A stretch of 63,059 nucleotides of DNA from Patescibacteria group bacterium UBA1875 (GTDB lineage: Bacteria; Patescibacteriota; CPR2; UBA1875). A program made the translations under genes and the position numbers. The notes below the pieces were generated by a model. That model had not been told where the DNA came from, made no database searches, and saw nothing but the letters and a program-made list of their open reading frames with translations. The stretch lies in NCBI GenBank assembly GCA_002338125.1, contig DDHN01000008.1:113094-176152 (forward strand), read 5' to 3'. Shown in pieces: positions 56,154 through 63,059 of this stretch (within the stretch, counting starts at the first letter, position 1; each line of letters starts with the position of its first letter).

Positions 56154-56402
56154 ATGACAGATAATACAAAGGAAGTAATCGAGTTAGAAGGGACCGTTTT
56201 AGAATCTCTCCCGAACGCCATGTTCAGGGTAGAACTCGAAAACGGTCACGTTATTTTAGCCCATATTTCCGGTCGTATGAGGAAGCATTATATAAAAATC
56301 CTTCCCGGGGACAGGGTTAAGGTTGAAATGACTCCTTATGACCTTACTAAGGGCAGGATAACTTATAGGGTTGATAACAAGAAGAAGGAAAATGAAGGTT
56401 AG
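56154..56402 (+). CDS. infA: Translation initiation factor IF-1
   Basis: [22 protein letters not shown]...[17 protein letters not shown]1-like fold. Confidence 0.95.
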   Translation: MTDNTKEVIELEGTVLESLPNAMFRVELENGHVILAHISGRMRKHYIKILPGDRVKVEMTPYDLTKGRITYRVDNKKKENEG

Positions 56403-56505
56403 ACCATCAGTAAAAAAAATGTGTGAAAAGTGTAAGATAATTCGTCGTCACGGTCGAGTGAGGGTTATTTGTGATAATCCTAAACATAAGCAGAGGCAAG
56501 GTTAA
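56392..56505 (+). CDS. rpmJ: Ribosomal protein L36 (37 aa, absent from the ORF track)
   Basis: [37 protein letters not shown]. It overlaps the infA end by 11 nt, and its stop overlaps the rpsM ATG. Confidence 0.9.
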   Translation: MKVRPSVKKMCEKCKIIRRHGRVRVICDNPKHKQRQG

Positions 56506-56891
56506 TGGCTAGAATTTCTGGTGTAAATTTACCAAGTGGTAAGAGGATTGAGGTTGGCCTAACCTATATCTACGGTATTGGTCTTTCAACTGCGAAAAAG
56601 ATCCTTACTATGGCAAGCGTTAACCCAAATACCCGGGTTAAAGATCTTTCCGATTTGGAGATTAATAGTATCCGGGAAGCAATAGAAGGAAAAATCAAGG
56701 TAGAAGGTGATGCTAGAAGAGAAACTACTCAGAATATAAAAAGGCTAAAGGAGATTGGTTCCTACCGAGGTGTTCGGCATAGTCAAGGTCTACCGGTTCG
56801 GGGCCAAAGAACAAAAACTAATGCTAGAACAAAAAGAGGCAAAAAAGTAACGGTTGGCTCCGGTAAGAAAAAAGCGGCTGAAAAGACTTAA
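56505..56891 (+). CDS. rpsM: Ribosomal protein S13
   Basis: [10 protein letters not shown]...YRGVRH signature. Confidence 0.95.
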   Translation: MARISGVNLPSGKRIEVGLTYIYGIGLSTAKKILTMASVNPNTRVKDLSDLEINSIREAIEGKIKVEGDARRETTQNIKRLKEIGSYRGVRHSQGLPVRGQRTKTNARTKRGKKVTVGSGKKKAAEKT

Positions 56892-56906
56892 TAATTAGGA
56901 ATTAAA

Positions 56907-57299
56907 ATGGCAGAAGTAAAAAAACCAGCAAAAAAGAAAAAGCAAAAGAAAAATATTCAAGAAGGAATGGCTTATATCAAGTCAACTTTTAACAATACTA
57001 TCATTACTTTTACTGATAATGACGGCAATGTTATCGCTTCATCTTCAGCCGGAAAGATTGGCTTTAAAGGAACTCGAAAGTCCACACCCTACGCAGCTCA
57101 AATGGCTAGTACGGCAGCCTGTGAAGAAGCTAAAAATCATGGCCTTCAAAGAGTAGAAGTTTTTGTTAGCGGGATTGGCTCTGGCCGGGAATCAGCTTTA
57201 CGTTCAATTTCTGGTAGCGACATCTATGTAAAATCAATTAAAGACATAACACCGGTACCACATAATGGTTGTCGGGCACCAAAACCTAAGAGGAATTAA
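56907..57299 (+). CDS. rpsK: Ribosomal protein S11
   Basis: [10 protein letters not shown]...[14 protein letters not shown] signature. Confidence 0.95.
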   Translation: MAEVKKPAKKKKQKKNIQEGMAYIKSTFNNTIITFTDNDGNVIASSSAGKIGFKGTRKSTPYAAQMASTAACEEAKNHGLQRVEVFVSGIGSGRESALRSISGSDIYVKSIKDITPVPHNGCRAPKPKRN

Positions 57300-57301
57300 T
57301 A

Positions 57302-57913
57302 ATGGATTCGAAATGCAGACAATGTAGGCGTGAAGGTGAAAAACTCTTTTTGAAAGGGGACAAGTGTTTTAATAAATGTACCCTTGTGAAGCGTAATTAC
57401 ACCCCTGGACAGCATGGCCTTTCTAGAAAAGGAAAGCCATCTGATTACTCGGTCATGCTTAGAGAAAAACAAAAAGTAAAAAGAATGTACGGGTTGAGAG
57501 AAAAACAGTTCGAAAAATATTTTGAAAAAGCTAGTCGAAGCAAGGGAGTTACCGGTGAAATCTTGCTATCAATCCTTGAATCAAGGCTGGATACAGTGGT
57601 TTACAGGATGGGCTTTGCTAGCTCCCGCAACCAAGCCCGTCAGCTTGTTTCTCACGGATTATTCGCGGTAAATGGTCGTAAAGCTAATATCCCTTCAATA
57701 ATTTTAAAGCCTGGTGATAAGGTAGAAGCTTTACCGGAAAAAAAGAAAAAGAAATATTTCGAAAATTTGTTGGCGGTTAAGCCTAGGGAAGAACACTCAT
57801 GGGTCAAGGTGAATAGGAAAAACCTTTCCGGCGAATTCATCGCTCCTCCTATAAGAGAGCAATTGGACCCAAGCATTAATGAGCAATTAATTGTGGAATT
57901 CTATTCTAAGTAA
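57302..57913 (+). CDS. rpsD: Ribosomal protein S4
   Basis: An N-terminal Cys cluster and an S4 RNA-binding domain (RLDTVVYRMGFASSRNQARQLVSHG). Confidence 0.95.
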   Translation: MDSKCRQCRREGEKLFLKGDKCFNKCTLVKRNYTPGQHGLSRKGKPSDYSVMLREKQKVKRMYGLREKQFEKYFEKASRSKGVTGEILLSILESRLDTVVYRMGFASSRNQARQLVSHGLFAVNGRKANIPSIILKPGDKVEALPEKKKKKYFENLLAVKPREEHSWVKVNRKNLSGEFIAPPIREQLDPSINEQLIVEFYSK

Positions 57914-57922
57914 TAACTAAAC

Positions 57923-57954
57923 CCCGGACAGACCGGGCTCCCGAAGACTCGGGA
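57923..57954 (+). promoter_or_regulatory. Tandem GC-rich hairpins in the rpsD-rpoA spacer
   Basis: CCCGG-ACAGA-CCGGG (57923-57937) and TCCCGA-AGAC-TCGGGA (57939-57954), with no T-tract. The rpoA SD follows. Confidence 0.45.
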
Positions 57955-57966
57955 AAAGGAGTCAAA

Positions 57967-58911
57967 GTGTTATACGACATACACTTACCGGAATTAAAAA
58001 AAGTAAAACAAGAAGGCAATAAGGGCGTTTTTGAGATAACCCCTCTTTATCCCGGCTATGGAATGACGCTAGGCAATTCTTTACGAAGAGTTATTTTATC
58101 ATCTTTGCCAGGTTCAGCTGTTACAGCCGTAAAGATTCATGGAGCTTCTCATGAATTTTCAACTCTATCCAATGTAAAAGAAGATGTTATCGAGATTATT
58201 TTAAATCTAAAACAGTTACGGGTAAAGCTTCACTCTGATGAAGAGTTTATCTCACTTTCTGCTAGTGGCAAGAAAAAGGTAACTGCCAAGGATATTAAAG
58301 GGAATCAAAATGTTGAGATAGTGAATCAAGACCTTCATATTGCTACTCTTGATAATGCTAAGGCAAAGCTTGATATTGAAATCAAAGTCGAGAGAGGACG
58401 TGGATTTGTCCCAGTTGAAAAGAGAGAAGGCGAAAAGTTAGGTATAGGAATGATTGCAGTTGATGCTCTTTATGCTCCTATTAAAAGAGTTCGATATAAT
58501 GTAGAGAAGACCCGTGTTGGTCAAATGACTGATCTTGATAAACTTGTTTTAGAAGTAGAAACTGATGGGAGTATTGAAGCTGAAACAGCTGTAAAACAAG
58601 CTGCTGAAGTCTTGGTGGATCATTTCCTTGTTCTCACAGATAAAGACACTGTTGAAAGGAAAGAAAAAGTAGTTGAAGAAGAGGTAGGGGATAATACTGC
58701 TGCTGGTATCTTAATCGAAGAAGTTAACCTTTCTCCGCGCACAACTAATGCTCTTCTAAACAATGAGCTAAAAACTATCGACGATATTCTTAAATTAACA
58801 TTAAACGAACTTAAAAATCTAAAAGGATTCGGAGCAAAAGCTTTTGAAGAAGTTCAAGACAAGGTTGCTGAGCTTGGTTATGAATTTAAAAAGGATGACA
58901 AGGAAGAATAA
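57967..58911 (+). CDS. rpoA: DNA-directed RNA polymerase alpha subunit
   Basis: GTG start after an AAAGGAG SD. N-terminal dimerisation domain (GNSLRRVLLSS-like: GNSLRRVILSS) and a C-terminal domain. Confidence 0.95.
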   Translation: MLYDIHLPELKKVKQEGNKGVFEITPLYPGYGMTLGNSLRRVILSSLPGSAVTAVKIHGASHEFSTLSNVKEDVIEIILNLKQLRVKLHSDEEFISLSASGKKKVTAKDIKGNQNVEIVNQDLHIATLDNAKAKLDIEIKVERGRGFVPVEKREGEKLGIGMIAVDALYAPIKRVRYNVEKTRVGQMTDLDKLVLEVETDGSIEAETAVKQAAEVLVDHFLVLTDKDTVERKEKVVEEEVGDNTAAGILIEEVNLSPRTTNALLNNELKTIDDILKLTLNELKNLKGFGAKAFEEVQDKVAELGYEFKKDDKEE

Positions 58912-59387
58912 TGCATCGTAGGAATTATAAAGGTCGTAAGTTTGGTAGAAAATCAGGTCCAAGGAAGCAGATGAAGAGAAGCTTGGTATCGCAGTTAATT
59001 TTGCATGAAAAAGTTTCCACCACTCTTAGTAAAGCCAAAGAAATACGGCCAATAGCAGAAAAGATAATAACGAAAGCTAAAGTTGATAATGTTGCTTCAA
59101 GAAGACAAGTCGCTAAATTTTTATCAGCCAACGACAAAGCTCTAGAAAAACTTTTTATTGAGCTTGGCCCATTGTATAAAGAACGTAATGGCGGCTACAT
59201 TAGAATTATCAAAACCGGGAATCGCTCAGGCGATAATACAGAAATGGCTATATTAGAACTACTAGATACAGAAAAACTAATAAAGAAAGAAGTCAAGTCA
59301 GACAAATTAAAAGCTACTTCACAAAAAGGTGCTAAGACTAAGACAGTCAAGAAGACAGTTAAAGCAAAAGATGGAGCCAAAAAATGA
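58911..59387 (+). CDS. rplQ: Ribosomal protein L17 with a Lys-rich tail
   Basis: L17 core (LGPLYKERNGGYIRI). Confidence 0.9.
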   Translation: MHRRNYKGRKFGRKSGPRKQMKRSLVSQLILHEKVSTTLSKAKEIRPIAEKIITKAKVDNVASRRQVAKFLSANDKALEKLFIELGPLYKERNGGYIRIIKTGNRSGDNTEMAILELLDTEKLIKKEVKSDKLKATSQKGAKTKTVKKTVKAKDGAKK

Positions 59388-59821
59388 CAACTAATGTTTT
59401 TAATAAAAAAGATAGCGACAGAGAATGGTATCTGATAGATGCTAAAGAGGCGATATTGGGCCGACTAGCAACTGAGGCAGCTGAATTGTTACGAGGCAAG
59501 AAGAAAAGCACCTATACGCCCAATATGGATAGTGGTGATAATGTTGTTATTGTCAATGCTAGCAAAGTAACACTTTCGCGTGAAGATAACAGGGCTAAAA
59601 AAACCTATTATCGTCATTCAGGTTATCCCGGAGGGATAAAAAGCGAAACCTTTGAAGAGGCTATGGAAAAACATCCTGATAGAGTGATACGTTTAGCAGT
59701 TGCTGGGATGATGCCTAAGAACAAACTAGCCAAGGTACAGTTAAAAAGGTTGAAAATATATGAGACAGAAAATCATCCCCATACCCAGAAATTAATAAAC
59801 TACGAATTAAACAGAGGTTAA
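59384..59821 (+). CDS. rplM: Ribosomal protein L13
   Basis: REWYLIDAKEAILGRLA signature. Confidence 0.95.
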   Translation: MTTNVFNKKDSDREWYLIDAKEAILGRLATEAAELLRGKKKSTYTPNMDSGDNVVIVNASKVTLSREDNRAKKTYYRHSGYPGGIKSETFEEAMEKHPDRVIRLAVAGMMPKNKLAKVQLKRLKIYETENHPHTQKLINYELNRG

Positions 59822-59822
59822 A

Positions 59823-60215
59823 ATGACTGAAAAATATTTTACAGCAGTTGGTAGACGAAAAGAGGCTTCAGCGCAGGTTAAAATAATCCCAGGCAAGGGC
59901 CAGTTTACTATAAATGGAAAAACTGATGCGGAATATTTCGGTAATTCCCGGTTAATATCAAGAATCAGAGAATCTCTAAAATTACTATCGCTCGATAATA
60001 AATATGATGTATTTGTAAAAGTTACTGGTGGTGGCAAAAGTGGTCAGGCTGATGCAATTAGGCATGCCATTGCCAGAGCTTTGGTGTTGGAAGATGAATC
60101 CAGAAAGCCAACACTCAGAAAAGCCGGTTTTATTACAAGAGATCCTAGAACCAAAGAAAGGAAAAAGCCTGGCCTTAAAAGAGCCAGAAAGGCTCCACAA
60201 TTCTCGAAAAGATAA
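59823..60215 (+). CDS. rpsI: Ribosomal protein S9
   Basis: GGGKSGQADAIRHAIARAL and a C-terminal KRARKAPQFSKR. Confidence 0.95.
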   Translation: MTEKYFTAVGRRKEASAQVKIIPGKGQFTINGKTDAEYFGNSRLISRIRESLKLLSLDNKYDVFVKVTGGGKSGQADAIRHAIARALVLEDESRKPTLRKAGFITRDPRTKERKKPGLKRARKAPQFSKR

Positions 60216-60217
60216 TA

Positions 60218-60241
60218 AAAGAAGCCCATCTGGGCTTCTTT
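60218..60241 (+). terminator. Terminator after rpsI
   Basis: AAAGAAGCCC-ATCT-GGGCTTCTTT hairpin. Confidence 0.7.
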
Positions 60242-60356
60242 CAAAATAGCCTTTAATCTATTTCCTAAATTAACTATACTATTTAGGGAGGGGAAAATAA
60301 AAGATAATCTGCTAAAAAAATTACTACTTCTGCTTTTTGTTTTAATATTTTTAGGG

Positions 60357-61286
60357 ATGATGGGGTTTATAATCCTGGGAGAAAGTATCTGGCATGCTTT
60401 CTACACTACGGTTATTATTCTTCTCTCCCACTTTAAACATGGAGTTGATGAATCAATATCGGAACAGATTTTAACAATATTATTGGTTATTGGTAGTTAT
60501 TTTGTTTTAGCGTATATTATAAAAGGGGCTGCTGAATATCTTTTTGAAGGGTCCTTCAAAGAAAATAGGAGGAAAAGAAAGATGGCAAAAACAATTGAAA
60601 AAATGGAAAACCACTATATCGTTTGTGGCTATGGTAGGGTGGGTAAGCAAGTTGCTCAGGAGCTAGCTTATGAGAAAGTTGACTTTGTTGTAATTGATAA
60701 AGAACCCAAGGTTGCTAAAGAAGCTATGAGTAAAGGATATTTTGCTATCTGTGGGGACCCAATTAAAGAGTCTGTTTTGGTTAAGGCAGGGATAAAAAAA
60801 GCTAAGGCTTTAATTTCGGCCTTGGGTGAGGATACCGATAACCTATTTCTTTCATTAACTGCCAGGTCATTAAACAGTGATATATTTATTGTTGCCAGAG
60901 CTTCATCAAAAGAAAATGTTCCTAAGCTTAAAAAAGCCGGAGCTGATAAGGTTTCTATGCCCTATCAAATAGGGGGATATCATATGGCAGGGATAGCATT
61001 AAGACCGGCTGTTGTCGATTTTCTGGATGTTATTAACGATGGTCGTCATGCCGAACTTCAAATTGAAGAATTAAACATTGAAAGAGGCTCAAGTCTAATT
61101 GGCCAAGAAATAGCCGAAACTCTCTCTCGTAAAAAAGCGGGAGTTACTGTACTGGCAATTAACAAATCAAACGGGGTAACCAAAATAAATCCATCTGGCG
61201 AAGAAATTATTCAAAGAGATGACCAACTTATACTGATGGGGACTAGGGAACAGCTTGAAAAATTATCAAAGGAAATCTCAAATTAA
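60357..61286 (+). CDS. Membrane protein with RCK/TrkA-N and TrkA-C domains (K+ channel-like, without a canonical selectivity filter)
   Basis: Rossmann motif VCGYGRVGKQVA and a C-terminal TrkA-C-like domain. The two-TM N-terminus lacks TVGYG. The in-frame region upstream is open. Confidence 0.7.
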   Translation: MMGFIILGESIWHAFYTTVIILLSHFKHGVDESISEQILTILLVIGSYFVLAYIIKGAAEYLFEGSFKENRRKRKMAKTIEKMENHYIVCGYGRVGKQVAQELAYEKVDFVVIDKEPKVAKEAMSKGYFAICGDPIKESVLVKAGIKKAKALISALGEDTDNLFLSLTARSLNSDIFIVARASSKENVPKLKKAGADKVSMPYQIGGYHMAGIALRPAVVDFLDVINDGRHAELQIEELNIERGSSLIGQEIAETLSRKKAGVTVLAINKSNGVTKINPSGEEIIQRDDQLILMGTREQLEKLSKEISN

Positions 61287-61953
61287 ATTAAAGGTGCTTT
61301 ACGAAGATATTAATATGCTGTCTGTCGAGAAACCGGCAGGTATCTTAGTGTATAAACCGCTCCATTATCAAGGCAAAACATCTACTCTTCATGATTTAGT
61401 TTTTGACAAACTCAATTTTAGAATAAAGGGAGAGCGCAATGGAATTGTTCATCGGTTGGATAAAGAAACTTCCGGAGTCTTATTATTGGCTAAAAACAAA
61501 GAGGCTGAAAAAAAATTAAAAGAAATCTTCAAAAAACGGTTAATAAAAAAATATTATACAGCTCTTGTTTGGGGGAGAGTAGAACCAATAAAGGGCAAAA
61601 TTACTATCCCTCTTGGTAGAGGGGCAAAGGACCGTCTAAAAGTAGTCCCTAAGGCCTCTGGCAAGCCGGCAAAGACACTTTATAGTGTTCTGGGTTATTA
61701 TCCCAAGCAAAACGTCAGTTTACTTGATATCGAACTTAAAACGGGTAGAATGCATCAGATTAGAGTTCACTTAGCGGCTATCGGCCACCCAATAGTTGGG
61801 GATAGCAAATATTCAAATCGAAAAACAACGATTGATCGCCAGTTTTTGCATGCCAAAAAGCTTGAATTTGTGAGTCCGTTTGATGGTAAGTTAATAACAA
61901 TAAATTCAAACCTTCCAGGTGAACTTAAAACCTTCTTAAATAAGCTCTCATAA
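61255..61953 (+). CDS. RluA-family pseudouridine synthase (no S4 domain)
   Basis: The HRLDKETSGVLLLAK catalytic Asp motif and a GRMHQIRVH block. The start is uncertain: ATG 61255 overlaps the upstream gene, and an alternative in-frame GTG lies at 61294. Confidence 0.8.
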   Translation: MKNYQRKSQIKLKVLYEDINMLSVEKPAGILVYKPLHYQGKTSTLHDLVFDKLNFRIKGERNGIVHRLDKETSGVLLLAKNKEAEKKLKEIFKKRLIKKYYTALVWGRVEPIKGKITIPLGRGAKDRLKVVPKASGKPAKTLYSVLGYYPKQNVSLLDIELKTGRMHQIRVHLAAIGHPIVGDSKYSNRKTTIDRQFLHAKKLEFVSPFDGKLITINSNLPGELKTFLNKLS

Positions 61954-61970
61954 GCTATAATATTATCGCT

Positions 61971-62915
61971 ATGAGTAAGGTTTTCACAGATGTTTATGGT
62001 CAAAAAAGGGCCATTAATACTTTATCTTCCCATTTAATTTCAAATAATCTTTCACATGCCTATCTTTTTTTAGGTGAAGAAGGAACCGGTAAAGAGCATT
62101 TAGCTCGTGAATTCGCAAAATATATTTTGTGTGGTAATAATCAAGCTGATGATTGCGAAAGTTGCCGAAAATTTGGTCATAACTCTCACCCTGACTTTAT
62201 ACTAATTGACGGCCACGAAGGCATAAAGATCGAAGATATTAGAGGGGTTGTCGAAAGAATAAATTTATCTCCTGGATTGTCGACAAGAAAGGTGTTACTT
62301 ATAACTAAATTAGAAAATATTGGTCTTGAAGCAGCTAATTCTTTGTTGAAAACTTTAGAAGAGCCTCCACTTGATAGTGTGATTTTAATGACTTCAAATT
62401 CAGAGAAAAGATTACCCGAAACGATTATTTCTAGGACACAGCAAATAAAACTTCAGCCTTTATCAAACGATAATATTTACAAAATACTTGCCAAAGAATT
62501 CGATAAAAGCGAAATAGATAAAGTGATTAAATTAGCCGATGGTAGTATTGGTGAAGCCAAAAAATTAATTCTTGACGGTGAGAAGTATAATGAAAAAAGC
62601 AAAATGATAAAAGATATTAGTAAAATTTTTTCAAGCAATTCTGTTATTGAAAAGTTTAAGATAATCGAAGATTATGAGAAGAGCAAAAAGTTAAAAATAT
62701 TTTTCAACATCTTTCAAAAAGTATTAATATCCGGTATTTATGCTCGAATCCTTGACGAAGAGATTGGGCTATCGGGAATAATTCCGAGAGATATAAAGGT
62801 TGAAAGGCTTCAAGATATGGCCAAAAAAACTCTTAAAATATATGCCGATTTGGACTATAATATTAGCCTAAGAATAGCAATGGAAGAAATGATTTTGAAG
62901 GATATATATGCCTAA
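61971..62915 (+). CDS. holB: DNA polymerase III delta' subunit
   Basis: AYLFLGEEGTGK P-loop-like motif, a Cys cluster (C..C..C) and an SRTQ-like SRTQQIKL sensor block. Confidence 0.8.
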   Translation: MSKVFTDVYGQKRAINTLSSHLISNNLSHAYLFLGEEGTGKEHLAREFAKYILCGNNQADDCESCRKFGHNSHPDFILIDGHEGIKIEDIRGVVERINLSPGLSTRKVLLITKLENIGLEAANSLLKTLEEPPLDSVILMTSNSEKRLPETIISRTQQIKLQPLSNDNIYKILAKEFDKSEIDKVIKLADGSIGEAKKLILDGEKYNEKSKMIKDISKIFSSNSVIEKFKIIEDYEKSKKLKIFFNIFQKVLISGIYARILDEEIGLSGIIPRDIKVERLQDMAKKTLKIYADLDYNISLRIAMEEMILKDIYA

Positions 62916-63059
62916 GGTTGTTGGTGTCAAGTTCCCTTATATGCTTAAAGCTCAGGATTATCGAGCCGGAAAAACAAGACTAGCTTTTGGTGATTTTGTA
63001 GTAGTTGAAAGTCAGCAGGGCTTAGAAATAGGCCAAGTTGTCTATACCGATAAGGAAGT
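62908..63059 (+). CDS. PSP1/RicT-like (YaaT family) protein, N-terminal part (3' end lies outside the window)
   Basis: MPKVVGVKF....GDFVVVESQQGLEIGQVV is typical of PSP1-domain proteins that follow holB in Firmicutes. It overlaps the holB end by 8 nt. Confidence 0.6.
   Translation, partial: MPKVVGVKFPYMLKAQDYRAGKTRLAFGDFVVVESQQGLEIGQVVYTDKE

Noticed and set aside
1-63059. Alternative genetic code (UGA read as Gly or Trp, as in some CPR lineages or Mycoplasmatota)
   Set aside because: TGA cleanly terminates conserved genes at their expected lengths (gatB at 3951-3953, the ABC permease at 6064-6066). No conserved gene needs in-frame TGA read-through.

Overview
The window is a 63-kb stretch of an AT-rich, gene-dense bacterial chromosome made almost entirely of core information-processing genes. 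These are infB-rbfA, gatB, dnaE, rplS, rnhB, nusA, clpC, radA, PBP1A, tyrS, recG, trxA-tig-clpP, rpoB-rpoC, and the str/S10/spc/alpha ribosomal-protein super-operon through rplM-rpsI and holB. The standard genetic code applies, since TGA terminates conserved genes. Several traits suggest a reduced, CPR/Patescibacteria-like genome, but that assignment is inference only. These traits are the absence of L30 between S5 and L15, the absence of adk/map after secY, Lys- or Glu-rich tails on several ribosomal proteins, and many apparently leaderless genes. The main anomaly is three GC-rich segments (roughly 52-57% G+C on hand-counted samples, against about 37% for the backbone). They lie at about 11.0-12.86 kb, 28.23-29.30 kb and 42.9-43.78 kb, in the dnaE|rplS, recG|rsmD-like and fusA|tuf gaps. 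Each is a complete unit with an AT-rich sigma70-type promoter, a leader, strong GGAGG-type ribosome-binding sites, orphan ORFs and a G/C-only-stem terminator. Together they encode 10 ORFs that I cannot assign to any family: small membrane peptides, two Cys-rich proteins and one 310-aa soluble protein. Island 1 also carries a roughly 255-nt hairpin-dense non-coding tail. I see no integrase, transposase or CRISPR array anywhere in the window. Homology-based claims rest on motifs I recognise by eye, and no database search was possible.
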